DNA of 64,000 bases from Lytechinus pictus (taxonomy: Eukaryota), in the NCBI RefSeq assembly GCF_037042905.1, contig NC_087245.1, positions 19,222,001 through 19,286,000 of the forward strand. The letters run 5' to 3'. Positions 1 to 12,902 of this stretch are shown in pieces. Within the stretch, counting starts at the first letter, position 1; every line of letters begins with the position of its first letter. Below the pieces are notes generated by a model. That model was not told the origin of the DNA. It was given only the letters and a program-made list of their open reading frames with translations, and searched no databases. A program made the translations under genes and the position numbers.

Positions 1-380
1 TATCATATTTGTACTTGACTACCTGTGTAAAATAGTACAGGTTAATGGGTGTTGCATTTCCTTGAAGTGAGAGCCATTTGCCTTCAGAAAATTACCCTTA
101 AAAAAATATAATATAATAAAATAAAACTAAAGATGTTTCGAATATTAATGAAGTAAAGAACAGACAAACTGTATCGACTTGGTACATGAGAGTCGATTTT
201 TTTAGTATTCATTATTATGAGTAAAACATATGAAATAAATTTGAACATATGATTTTTCTGTCAGCAGAACAAGTTCAATCTTGGATCCTGTGTTTGATGT
301 GGACACACCAGGAGAAGCCTGTACCAAGCAGGAAGAAACTGAGCAGGAGAATGGTGGGTGACATCTGTCCACAACGTGGG

Positions 381-413
381 TCAGTCTTCCTCGTCATCAT
401 CCTCAGGCACGTC
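381..413 (-). pseudogene. Orphaned C-terminal codons (DV-PEDDDEED*) of the minus-strand ORF, left of the insertion
   Basis: Removing 414-19046 restores one open frame ...LEDWTDVADVPEDDDEED-TGA(383-381). Confidence 0.35.
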
Positions 414-441
414 TATGGCGCGCCATTTGTTTCATAAAGGC

Positions 442-1377
442 GATAAACTCAGTTTATCGCCGAAAAACCTAGTTTATCAATCGAAAAACCTAGTTTTTCA
501 ATTGAAAAACTAAGTTTTTCGCCGATAAACTTAGTTTTTCGCCGATAAACTAAGTTTATCACTTGAAAAACTAAGATTATCAAGAAAAACTAAGTTTATC
601 GCCGAAAAACTTAGTTTTTCGATTGAAAAACTAGGTTTTTCTTGATAAACTTAGTTTTTCAATTGAAAAACTAAGTTTATCGTCGAAAAACTAAGTTTTT
701 CACTGATAAACTAAGTTTTTCAATGAAAAACTAGGTTTTTCAATGAAAAACTAGGTTTTTCAATGAAAAACTAGGTTTTTCAAGTGAAAAACTTAGTTTT
801 TCTCGATAAACTTAGTTTTTCAAGCGATAAACTCAGTTTTTCATTTGATAAACAGAGTTATTTGATAAACTAAGTTTTTCAAGTGATAAACTAAGTTTTT
901 CGAATTGAAAAACCTAGTTTATCGAATTGAAAAACCTAGTTTATCGAAATTGAAAAACCTAGTTTATCACTTGAAAAACCTAGTTTATCGCCGATAAACT
1001 AAGTTTTTCAAATCTGATAAACTAGGTTTTTCAATTTCGATAAACTAGGTTTTTCAATTCGATAAACTAGGTTTATCGCCTTTATGGGACAAATGGCGTT
1101 CCATAAGGACGCCATTTGTCCCATAAAGGCGATAAACTCAGTTTATCGCCGAAAAACCTAGTTTATCGAAATTGAAAAACTAGGTTTTTCGATTCGATAA
1201 ACTAGGTTTTTCGATTTGAAAAACTAGGTTTTTCAAGTGATAAACTAGGTTTTTCAATTTCGATAAACTAGGTTTTTCGATTCGAAAAACTAGGTTTTTC
1301 GATTCGATAAACTAGGTTTTTCGATTCGATAAACTAAGTTTTTCGATTCGATAAACTAGGTTTTTCAATTTCGATAA
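442..1377. repeat. Left terminal array of 17-bp palindromes GAWAAAC-NNN-GTTTWTC with 2-5 nt spacers
   Basis: Roughly 40 units with ~20-21 bp period, interrupted at ~1078-1130 by two back-to-back terminus-like motifs. Confidence 0.95.
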
Positions 1378-2727
1378 TCAGGGTTATTTACTGTAAGCCA
1401 GTAGTGGGCGCCATTCGACCCTGGACATGGAGAATATTGGAAGGCTCTAAGTTTGATTTTGAGTTTTTCCCCCCTTTTTACCGGACCGGAGAACAAGATA
1501 TGATTCTGTATATTTAATAGAAAAGATTATGAGCAAGATTCAAGAAATTAGCCAGCGACCTTATTTGTTGAGGGATAGGAATCCTAACGTTAACCAAATC
1601 TTCGTCGGTGACTCGAGCCGGTGCAATGAACAATGTGAGTGGGTCATACGGTACCAGCGCCTGAGCAGAGCAGCCCGGGGCGTCGTCGGGCGAAAGTTCG
1701 GTCGAAAACGTTGCTACAGCTACTGTCGGTGAGCCGAAACAGCCAAGCCGGAGTCCGCAGAATTGGTAAAGCCTATGGATAAGATTATAGAAAAACTAGA
1801 CCTACGGTACTGAATACTAAATATCACTACCATGAGAAAGGGTATGGCCATGGATGAATTTCGTTAGTCATTGACTGCAAGGGCAATGCTCGCCAAAAAA
1901 AGCTTAAGTTAAGACAGATCTGACACAAATAATTCTGGATCTATAACTTAGAGTTTCACGATAGAAAAATGAGCTTGCTCATATATGGCGTTGAGAAAAA
2001 AAAGATGAGAAAGTGCTACAGCTAGGTGGTGAGAAATGCGATTCAAGAGTTGGGTTTCTCAAAGCATTGACCTGTCAAAGGAAGAGTCAGAGACAGAGAA
2101 AATGTTCAAATACTAATGCCCACACGGCCACAGGTTGCCAAGCCCAAGAAGATCTACATGTACACATGGTCATGGAAGTGAGCAGAATGTCGGCCGTGGT
2201 CACGACCCAATCATAATGCATTTTGGGGCCATGATGGATTGAGATCGTGTTTTGACCTCATAGTCATATCAGCAAAAAAGCATGTTTACATTCAACGACC
2301 CGTGATTGTGAAGGCCAGACAGCCCCTCGTCATAGCGTCCATTTTGTTACGGATCTGCCAGCATCGCTCAAAAAGCGCTTCTTGTTCGAGCAACAGGTAT
2401 ATCGTTTGAGGAAAAGTGAGAACAAATCTACGAGCATCAGGCTTATTGGTACAAATCTCCAGCTACATAGTACATGTAGAGTACAAAGAGAAGGGATCAT
2501 CTTCACCATGGCATGCAGTGATTAATTGAGATAATTGGTCGATATTATCAGAATAATTCCATAACAAAGGATTACGAGAAAGTTTGACAGTGAAGTCTGC
2601 GATTCTCAAATTATTTATTATTTCACTCGTGTTCCTGTGATGAGAAAGAAAAGGAATCCACTTATTCATCTACAAAGTTATTTTACAAGAATAATCATCA
2701 AAATCATCAATACATTGTGTTTATCAA

Positions 2728-5230
2728 TAGGAGTGTGCTATAAATGGGTGATTTTTGGTTTTACTGTGCCAACAGTTTTTGTCTCGCCTGCATATAAAAC
2801 GAGACTATAGGCGCCGTTTTCCGATGGCGTCGGCGTCAACATCAAATCTTAACCCAAGGTTAAGTTTTTGAAATGACATAACTTCAAAAAGTATATGGAC
2901 CTAGTTCATGAAACTTGGACATAAGGTTAATCAAGTATTACTGAACATCCTGCCTGAGTATCAGGTCACATGACCAAGGTCAAAGGTCATTTAGGGTCAA
3001 TGAACTTTGGCAGGTTGGGGATATTTGTTGAATTACCATCATAACTTTGAAAATTTATGGATCTACAATGTAGTTCATGAAACTTGGGCATTAGGTTAAT
3101 CAAGTACCACCAAATATCCTGTGCGAGTTTCAGGTCACATGAACATGGTCAAAGGTCATTTAAGGCCAATGAACTTTGGCCGTGTTGGGGGGTATTTGTT
3201 GAATTACCATCCTAGCTCTGAAAGTTTATGGATCTAGTTCATAAAACTTGGGATATAAGAGTAATCAAGTATTACTGAACATCCCCTGTGAGTTTCAGGA
3301 CACAAAACTAAGGTCAAAAGTCAGTTTAAGGTCAATAAACTTAGGCCATGTTGGGGTAATTGTTGAATTGCCATCATTACTTTGAAAGCTTATGGATAGA
3401 GTGAATGAAATGTGGACATGGGTGTAGTTGACAAGTTTTATTCACCGTCCAAATGTCATTTATAGTCAATGAACGTGGTATAATGTCATTATATGAATGG
3501 TGTTTTTGTGAATGATTATTTTATAGTAGTTTTCAAAGTTAGCACTGCTGCTATATTAAATCGCGTAATGCAGGCTAGACTGCCAGAAGCACTCCACTTG
3601 TTTCGTATTCCTTTAACCTTATCTCAACATGAAATGACAATATTATTTGTCTCTGGTCACGGTGGTCCGAGAAAAAAGTGTGCCGGGCCCAAATCTAAAG
3701 TGGCCGCCAAAATCCCCCCAAATCACAGTTTTGGCCACAACTTCTTTCTTGGTGGTCATTTTATCTGGTTTTGGTGTCTATTCATGTTTTTTTGGGGGGC
3801 AGGCAATTTGTTTTTCCTAAAATTAGTTCTTTTAAACCATTATTTGTAAAGTTAAGAGGTGATTTAACTTAAATTTGCAAATTTTTTGACCCTTTTTTAA
3901 GCAAAATTAGGTTCCATCGTCTTGTGGTTCTTGGATATTAGATGACACCAGTTGACCAGTAGTAAGCAGCTTCATATAGCTATATTGCTTTTATTCCTCT
4001 AAATTGAGTTTAAGACGGATATTTGCGAAATACATCTTATCAAATAAGAAAATGTAATTTACGGTATCCATAGGGGTGGCACGGTGTACAATATATGGTA
4101 CATACTGTACACTGCATACATATCCATGCATTGACCACCATGGCATACAACTAGGACTTTATATATATACCAGTGGCATGCATGTAGTAGTGAGCTTCTG
4201 ATGTTTAGAATTAGATTGTGACTTGTGAATTTGATTGCTTGTTAGCTGATGAACATGATGTAACCCGATGATGAACATAAATTGCATGTAAACATCATGT
4301 AGTGTACGTACATACATGTACATCATATTTTCAGCCACATCTTCATTTGGCAGCTTGTTTTTACCTGGTATTCTAATCCTATATTATGGAGTCAGGTATA
4401 CCACATGTGGTAATGCTGGTCAATGGCTTTCAGGATTCCATGCAAGTTACCATTGGATGGCAAAGTTACCATAATCAGAAAGCCAGTGTAAGTGCCATAA
4501 TAGGGGGGGGGGTGACTTTAATCCATTGTTAAAGATATTTTCCTCCCCCCCCCCCCCCTGAATGAGCATAATTGACAAAATATGTCTTCAATCTGAGACA
4601 AAACATACAGTATCTTCAATTTCTCAATAAATCATTTAGTATCACACTATAGTTTATATACAGACCTTGTCATGATGGTCAATGCATGAATATACATGAA
4701 TGCAGTGTAGTATGTACAATACAATGTATACTGTATAGCCCCTATGGATAATACAATTTTTTTTTTCAATAATATATTTTTCGCAAATATCCGTAAAAAC
4801 CAAAGTAGAAGAATAAGAGCAAATAGCTATTTGAAATTATTTGCTATTATGGAACTGGTATCGTCCAATATCCAAGAACCACAAGAAACCTAATTTGGGG
4901 CTGAAAAGGGTATTGTATGTGTAAATGTAGGTAAAATCACCTTTTAACTCCAAAATTAATGGTTTTTAAGTAATCATTTCAGGTTAAACAAATTGCCTGC
5001 TCCCCCCCCCAAAAAAAACCCAACATATTATATGTGGGCAAAACTTTGATGGGGGGGGGGGGGGGGTTGGCAGCCATTTTGGATTTTGGCCTGGCACACT
5101 TTTTTCTCGGACCCGAGGCAAAAAATATTTGTCATTTCATGTTGAGATACATTACAAGGAATAGATCAAAACTGTTGCCATATTAAAATGTCAAAAAAAG
5201 TATTTTTGATCCATGTATAGCCCACTCCTA
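2728..5230. mobile_element. Non-autonomous DNA transposon with long diverged TIRs (TAG...CTA termini, Academ-like), interrupted by a HINE
   Basis: TAGGAGTGTGCTATAAATGG vs CCATGTATAGCCCACTCCTA. Inverted matches continue inward (3620-3690 vs 5090-5150; 3920-3950 vs 4855-4885; 4065 vs 4740). No clean TSD seen. Confidence 0.65.
2781..3600 (+). mobile_element. Helentron-associated non-autonomous element (HINE/DINE-1-like) with ~120-bp internal tandem repeats, copy 1
   Basis: 5' subTIR GTCTCGCCTGCAT, short GAGAC inverted repeat, GGC-rich linker, tandem units, then 3' subTIR ATGCAGGCTAGAC and end CCACTTG. Inserted in a T run without a TSD. Confidence 0.75.
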
Positions 5231-6797
5231 TGATCAAAGGGGTTTTGCTACTGAAGATTTTAAAGGCAAAGTTTTAAATGTTAAAGGAAACTTAGATGAT
5301 GAAAAATTGTCTGAGATTTTCTTATTTTTATGTCACGACCTGTCCTTTGGTAAATAGGAATTGTGTTGATATCTCAACATGTCTCTCTTTCGTTTAAGTT
5401 GAAACTGATAACTGACAATTTATATTTCATACATATTATTTAATTTTTGGTTTCTTACAAGAAACAAAAAATAAGGTATTGTTTTATGACTTTCATATGA
5501 AAGATCTGCCATTATCATAATATTACTACACATGTATTTGTTATTTACACGACTGTTTCCAAGTTGTTGGGGCTCCTGGCTGGTTCCATTATCAATTGGC
5601 CTCATGAAGATGAAAGTGGTTAGGGTATTTGAATGAAAATACATATAAATCAAGGATTTTGACAGGATACACTTTTCCAATAATTTTATGGTGCATATTA
5701 TTTATGTAGACATATGGTGCTATTCATTAAGCGGCTTAAACATGTACCATCGTTATCCTTGAGAAATTATGTTCAATGGAAAACAAATATTTCTCTTTTT
5801 TGCTTTTGTTATTGTTTCTGTGTTTCTCAGAGTAGTCAGGATAGTGATGTATGTCTTAAACAAATCCCCGAAGGATTGATGAAAAAAAAGCTGTACTTTA
5901 CAATACATTTTTGTTTGTAAAAGCATCATCCTTTTTGTAAGAACTCATACATCTGGTGTAAGGAAACATTAAGAGCTATAGCTTGATGTATGTAGCCACT
6001 TCTTCAATTATTTTGTTTGTGTTTATACTTTGATAATAACTAATCTATTCCAAGTCCATTGTGAATTGAACATCTTGGCCTATAGGGTATTATAGAGCTC
6101 AATACTGCCCTGGTTACTGTACATGATTGTATATTGTCTTTGTAGACGTTTTTTGATAAATACTAGGAAAAGCTATTAGGAGACTAGGAGTGGTTTTTTC
6201 TTTTGTTTTTGTTGTAAAGTTGTACTTTGTTATGTTTTCTTTCACAATTCATTGAATGCGAAGTTTTTGATGGAAAGTATGTGATTGGTCAGGATCAACA
6301 CTTCAAGAAAAAATCTATAGGTTTTTATTATCTATTGAGATACATGTTGGGTTCGTTTTATAACCATTGATTTGTAAAGATGTTCAGACAGAACTTAGAA
6401 AGTTTACAGAGAATTCATTTTAAAACCACTCCATGCTTTATTATCATTATTGTGTTTTTTTTTTCAGAGTGTGACTTGTTACTTATGGCAATGTTGTTTT
6501 TGTAAAACAAAAGAACAATTTGTTCTCTCATTTAAGTATTTTTTAAAGGAACAAAGCTAAAATAGAAGCTTGATATTATTTATCTTTTCTGTATAATGAC
6601 TCATTGCATTAATTTACACCTGGCATAAGAAGTAAATTTGAGATAATTTTGTCTCCACAGTGTCTTTTTTAATTCTCTATCTCTATCCTTAACTTGAGTT
6701 TTTTTAATACTGCCATGTATGCTTGTAGTGGCAATGTATATGTAGCTTCTAGTAAAACCTTTCAACATGTAACTTTTTGTGACTGAAAGTGATTTTT

Positions 6798-8147
6798 GTC
6801 TCACCTGCGAAGCATAGTGAGACCTTATGCGCCGCTTTTCCGACGGCGTCAACACCAAATCTTAACCGAAGTTTAAGTTTTTTAAATGACAGTATAACGT
6901 AGAAAGTATAAGGACCTAGTTCATTAAACTTTGCCATAAAGTTAATCAAGTATTGCTGAACATCCTGCTTGAATTTTGAGTCACATGACCAAGGTCAAAG
7001 GTCATTTAGGGTCAATAAACTTTGGCCAAATTGGGGGTATTTGTTGAATTACCATCATAACTTTAAAAGTTTATGGATCTGATTCATGAAACTTGGACAT
7101 AAGAGTAATCTTGTGCCACTACACATCCTGTGTGAATTTCAGGTCACATGATCAAGGTCAAAGGTCATTTAAGGTCAATGAACTTTGGCCAAATTGGGGT
7201 ATTTGTTGAATTACCATCATAACTTTGAATGTTTATTGGTCTGGTTCATAAAACTTGGACATAAGAGTAATCAAGTATCACTGAACATCCTGTGCGAATT
7301 TCAGGTCACATGACCAAGTTCAAAGGTCAATGAACTAAGGCCATAATCTATTGAATTACCATAATAACTTCGAAAGTTTTTGGATCTGATTCAAGAAACT
7401 TGGACATAAGAGTAATCATGTACCACTACACATCCTGTGCGAATTTCACGTCACATGACCAAAGTCAAAGGTCATTTAGGGTCAATAAACTTTGGCCAAA
7501 TTTGGGGTATTGTTGAATTACCATCATAACTTTGAAAGTTTTTTGGTCTAGTTCATAAAACTTGGACATAAGAGTAATCAAGTATCACTGAACATCCTGT
7601 GCAAATTTCAGGTCACATGACCAAGTTCAAAGGTTAATGAACTTAGGCCATAATCTATTGAATTACCATAACTTCTGAAGTTTTTGGATCTGTTTCAAGA
7701 AACTTAGACATAAGAGTAATCATGTACCACTACACATCCTGTGCGAATTTCACGTCACATGACCAAAGTCAAAGGTCATTTAGAGTCAATGAACTTTGGC
7801 CATATGGGGGTATCTGTTGAATTACCATCATAACTTTGAGAGCTTTATGGATCTGATTCATGAAACTTGGACATACATGTAAGAGTAACCAAATATCACT
7901 GAATGTCTTGTGTGAGGTACAGGTCACATGACCTCTCAAAGTTTATAGATATAGTGTATAAAATGTGGATATAGGGGTAATCAAGTATCTCTGACAAGTT
8001 TTAGATCACATGATCAAGGTCAAATGTCAATGAACGTAGTATTGTATCATTATACATGAATGGTGTTTTTGTGAATAATTATTTCATAGTATGTTTCAGA
8101 GTGTGAATCGTTTGATGCGAGTGAGACTGCCAGAGGCGCTCCACTTG
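6798..8147 (+). mobile_element. HINE/DINE-1-like element, copy 2 (about 9-10 internal ~120-bp repeats)
   Basis: Same ends (GTCTCACCTGC ... GTGAGACTGCCAGAGGCGCTCCACTTG) and same internal unit (GAAACTTGGACATAAGAGTAATC...GGTCACATGACCAAGGTCAAAGGTCA). Confidence 0.8.
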
Positions 8148-8738
8148 TTTTTTCATGGAATGATTACCAAGATATTGACTGATTATGTTGATTTATTAAT
8201 AATTTATTGAAAAATATGAATGTTTGATTGATCACATTACACATTGATTATGAGTAGACTTATTGATAAATTGTTTAATAAATGATTGATATGTAAAACT
8301 TGATGCACCACTCCCGATTTTCATTATTTATCATTAAATCAACATTGTGCTCTTGACTTTCTTACGCACATGTAATAGCAATCTGTCTGTCAACAGGAGG
8401 GGAGGGAGGGGGCTAAATGTTCTCTTAACCCTTATTCCATCAACCTAATTCTCCCACTAAGTGCCATCTCACTCCCTATTATCCCGACCCCCATGAAGAT
8501 CCACATGATAAAGTTAAAATGCTGCCCAGAAAAGTACAATTTGTGTTCACTCATGCATTGAAGTTCAATTTAATAATTTATGAAATTTACTTGAACAACC
8601 AAACTGGTCATGATTGATCATTAATTCATCACAACACCCTTAATTTTTCAGGTTTCAATTAAAGGATTTGCCTCTCAGAACTGGCAGAAATTGTAAGGCT
8701 AATTCATGCCCAGCCTTATTTTCATACCCTTTCTTTAA

Positions 8739-9303
8739 AGAACAAGTCCATCCCAACAAATAGTGGATTGAATAAAAAGAGAAATATCAAACAAGTATAA
8801 CACTGAAAATTTCATCAAAATCGGATGTAAAAAAAGAAAGTTTTGACATTTTAAATCTTTGCTTAATTTCACAAAACAGTTATGCACATGCTGGTCAGTA
8901 TGCAAATGAGGAGACTGATGACATAATCCACTCACTATTTCTTTTGTATTTTATTATGTGAAATATGGAATATTCTATTTTTCTCCTCTTTGTCAAGTGA
9001 AACAACGATTAATTCCTCCCTGAACATGTAGAATTAGCATTATTTAATACTATATTGTTCAGACATGTTGGTCCTTATTGTCAAATCTATAAAAAAATAA
9101 AATATTGTATAATTCAAACAATATAAAACAAAAGAAATAGTGAGGGGCATCATCGGCCGTCTCATTTGAGTTGTGCATAACACTGTGTTGTGAAAAATAA
9201 GCAAAACTTTAAAATGTCATAACTTTCTTATTTTACATCCGATTTTGATGAAATCTTCAGCGTTTAGCAAGTTTGATTTTTCTCTATTTACTCAAATCAA
9301 CAT
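8739..9303. mobile_element. Kolobok-type MITE (TTAA target), right end lost
   Basis: TTAA|AGAACAAGTCCATCCCAAC start with an internally inverted arm. Same family as 20658-21213 and 51650-51850. Confidence 0.7.
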
Positions 9304-10049
9304 AGTGGGGAGTGCTCGCTAAACACTTATGGGTGTCTTTGAAGGTTGACTTTATTGGCTATCCCCCCCCCCCCCCAAAGTGATATATTTTTTTGTTTGG
9401 CAGCCATTTCAAAAGTATATAGTTTTTTTTTGGACGCACTGACTGTACAGGAGCTTCCATCAAATAGATATTACTATTGTATCAATGTCAGGGTCGTATG
9501 TAGGGGGTGCAAAAAGGGAAAAGGGGCGCGGATAAAGAAATTGAAAAAAATGAAAAGGTAAAAGAATAACAGTGCTGAAAAGGGATACCTCTTGTTATTA
9601 CCATGGTAATGTAGTTTCCAACACATTTAGGAAATTAATCTTGCATGTCTTTATGCAGGGATGAATATTCATGCCACTTTTTGATTGATGTTAATCATAC
9701 TAATTCTCTAAAAATTCCAACAAACAGAAATATTCCTTTTTTAACGCAAATCTTGCTGCCGGTTTGCATTTTGATATTTTACTTTTCATTAATTCTCACA
9801 AATAGTTCTGAAATACATTATTCTCTGGTTCTATTGTCAAAGCTTTTCAATACGCGCTGATTTGATAAGGGAGATATAAATCATCTTCATAGATTTCTAC
9901 TAGTAATCATTGAAATGTCCTTTTTGGGTGAGAATATAATATAAAGTCAAGTCATATAAAATATAATCTCAAGCATGGTAAAAAATAATATGACATATAC
10001 TTAGTACTACATGTAGTTTCTATGTATGAAATCACAGATGAAATAATCG

Positions 10050-10850
10050 TGAAGATGATGATCAAGATGTGGTGATGAGGATAATGATGTGGGTGAAGAT
10101 GATAATTATAGACTGGTGATGGTGATGAGGTGGGTGGTGATGATGAGGATAGTGATAGTAATGGTGTCGATGATGGTGATGATGAAGCCATATGAAACAT
10201 AAATAATAAGAGAAAGAAAAGAGAGAAGATTTTCAGTATTATGTCAGAATCTATCAAAACGTAAAATTATGTAATAAAAATATAGAAAAGTTTGCTTGCT
10301 CACAATTAAAAAAAAAAAATACTGGCACAATCTGCCATATCTTGTCCCTCTCAAAATCTTTGGCTCATTACGCCAATGATAATTTATTTGGTGGTGATAA
10401 TGAAAGTAATTATATTAATAATGATGGTGATTATGATGGTCATGATAGTGACGATGATCATGATGGTGTGGTGATGGCAATGATATTGATGAAGTTGATG
10501 ATGATCACTCCCTTTTCATCTCCAACCATTTTCACATCTCCAGCTTTCATCTCAATCCTTCCTCTCATCTCTAACCTCTCCTCATGTCAACCCTTCCACA
10601 TCGTTTCCATCCACCTCATCTCCCTGCTCGTCTCTTGTAACCCACTCATCTCTAAACTTTATCATCTCCATCCCTCCCACATCATCTCCATCCATCCTTG
10701 CATCATCCCCATTCCTCCTCTCATCATCTCCATCCACTCGTCGTCCCCACCCTTAACTCCATCACTCATCATCATGGCCATCCCACCTTTCATCATCTCC
10801 ACCACCCCCCCCCCCCCCCCATTTAATCTTCATCTCTCCAATCATTTCCA
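10050..10850. repeat. Degenerate (GAT)n / (CAT,CCT)n low-complexity tracts
   Basis: GATGATGGT-type runs at 10050-10190 and 10395-10505, then a CATC/CCT-rich run. These explain the spurious ORFs 9952-10257 and 10342-10866. Confidence 0.8.
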
Positions 10851-10861
10851 TCTGATTACCA

Positions 10862-11025
10862 GGTGACCCAACATTTGCTCCTGCGATAATTGCCCCAGGA
10901 TTAATTCTGTCTTCGAGGGTCAGGGTTGCAATAGGGTTTCATGGTAGGTTTATAGGGGTTGAAGCTGAATAGTGTGTGGAATTTACAGCGGAGCAATTGT
11001 CGCCAGAGCAAATGTCATGGAACTC
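10862..11025. mobile_element. Short MITE with ACATTTGCTC...GAGCAAATGT inverted ends
   Basis: ACATTTGCTCCTGCGATAATTGC vs GCAATTGTCGCCAGAGCAAATGT. A related remnant lies at ~54930-55062. Confidence 0.55.
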
Positions 11026-11255
11026 ATTACCACATCTCTCATTAAAGGTTGAATATTAAGCGGGATAAAGAATACTTCATAGTGAAATAACCCAATATTC
11101 AAAATACTTCTTTGGAGTAAAGTGGTTTTATTAAGTAACAATAAGATAAACTTAATCAGATGTACAGTTACATTGTAACACATATTGAACTGAGGTGTAT
11201 ATAAAATACATGTATATTATATCCCACAAAAATCAAATCCTGGTTCAAAACTTAA

Positions 11256-11832
11256 AGGGATGGTCCGGGCTGAAAATATTTATATCTTAATACATAGAGT
11301 ATAATTCACTGAGCAAAATGCCGAAAATTTCATCAAAATCGGATAACAAATAATAAAGTTATTGAAGTTTAAAGTTTAGCAATATTTTGTGAAAAAAGTT
11401 GTCATGAATATTCATTAGGTGGGCTGATGATGTCACATCTCCACTTTCTGTTGTCTTATGTTATTACATAAAATCATATTTTTTTCATTATTTCATACTT
11501 GTCTGAATGTCCCCCTTATAATGAAATAAGTTGCAGCAATAAATATTTAATGCACTATTCAGTTGACAATCCAATTTTTCTAGTTCTTGGAGGAAAAAAA
11601 ATTGAATAAACCTAATTTCATATAATAAAATACAAAAGAACAAGTGGAGATGTGACATCATCAGCCCACCCAATGAATATTCATGACGACTGTTTTCACA
11701 AAATATTGCTAAACTTCAAAATTCAATAACTTTGTTATTTGTTATCCGATTTTGATGAAATTTTCTGCATTTTGCTCAGTGAATTCTACTCTATTTATTA
11801 AGCTACACATACTTTCAGCCCAGGCCATCCCC
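11256..11832. mobile_element. Kolobok-type palindromic MITE
   Basis: TTAA|AGGGATGGTCCGGGCTGAA ... TTCAGCCCAGGCCATCCCC|TTAG, with ~200-bp inverted arms. Confidence 0.8.
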
Positions 11833-12384
11833 TTAGATAGCATTACATTACCAGATACATTATTATGATGATGAATATGACAATAGCATAGTAATATCAT
11901 AATTCCAGTTGGGAACAATATCCTCTGTTTTGGTGTCTATGTAAAGCTAACAATAAGGACAATCTTAAAATTACAATAGTGGCCAATTCAATTAACATTT
12001 ATCAAACAATTGCACTTTGTTTCAGGAATATACATCCTGTTATAAATTACTAAATTCATATTTGGTTACCATGTCAATTACATAAACCCCAACTTACCTG
12101 GAGGGATTTTCAGCCATCCCTCATCATTGTTTGTCATAAACAAAAACTGGCCATACAGGGTTTGCGATTCAGGCGGCCTCAAAATAGTTGGAATGATAAG
12201 AATGATATAGAGTACTGACAATATTATAGCGATATCAAATATTTTGAAGCTCTGCAGTCTGCACCTCTTTTGCTACTGAAACAAATCAAACCATTTCAAT
12301 CTTCACTTTGTCTTCAATTTAGAAGCAAATAATTTTTTTAAATATATTAAAGTTAAGATAATTGCAACTCATTCAATCTTAACA

Positions 12385-12834
12385 TGAAAGTTCACTTGGA
12401 CAAAACAAGTCTGCTATGCAGGTGAGACAAAAAAATTGGTGAAGGTTTGAGGAAAATCTGTTAAATATTAAAAAATGTATTAGAATTCTAAGCTTAGCCT
12501 TTGGATTTGTGGCGTCACACACACGAGCAGCTGCCAAATAAAGTTATGTAATATAAAATGCATGAATTTCATTTTTTAATGGTTCCAGAGGACATATTTT
12601 TGTTATTTTGTGTTTTCTTTTCATGTTTGGGTGTAAAATGATTGGTCCTTTGATATAGAAAAAAAAAATTCATTATGTAGAAATGCTGCCCGAATATGAC
12701 GTTACAACTCAAATAATTGAAATTCAAATAACTTTTTAATTCTTTGATGGATTTTCCTCAAAACTTAGGCAATATTTTTATTATTTTTTTCTTCTGTTTT
12801 AACAATAAACTTTTTGTCAGCGTGAACTTCCCCT
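12385..12834. mobile_element. Diverged Kolobok-type MITE
   Basis: AAGTTCACTTGGACAAAA vs TTTTGTCAGCGTGAACTTCCCT|TTAA. Confidence 0.55.
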
Positions 12835-12902
12835 TTAAACCCACTTGAACGATACTTGGTATCATTTGGAAGATTTATAAAACAGATATTACACATGAAT
12901 TA

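Noticed and set aside
442..1377. CRISPR-like array (palindromic repeats with spacers)
   Set aside because: Spacers are only 2-5 nt and recurrent, there are no cas genes, the context is eukaryotic, and the array is mirrored at 18181-19012 as a TIR.
9952..10866. ORFs of 101 and 174 aa rich in S/H/D/P/I
   Set aside because: They are translations of GAT/CAT low-complexity repeats.
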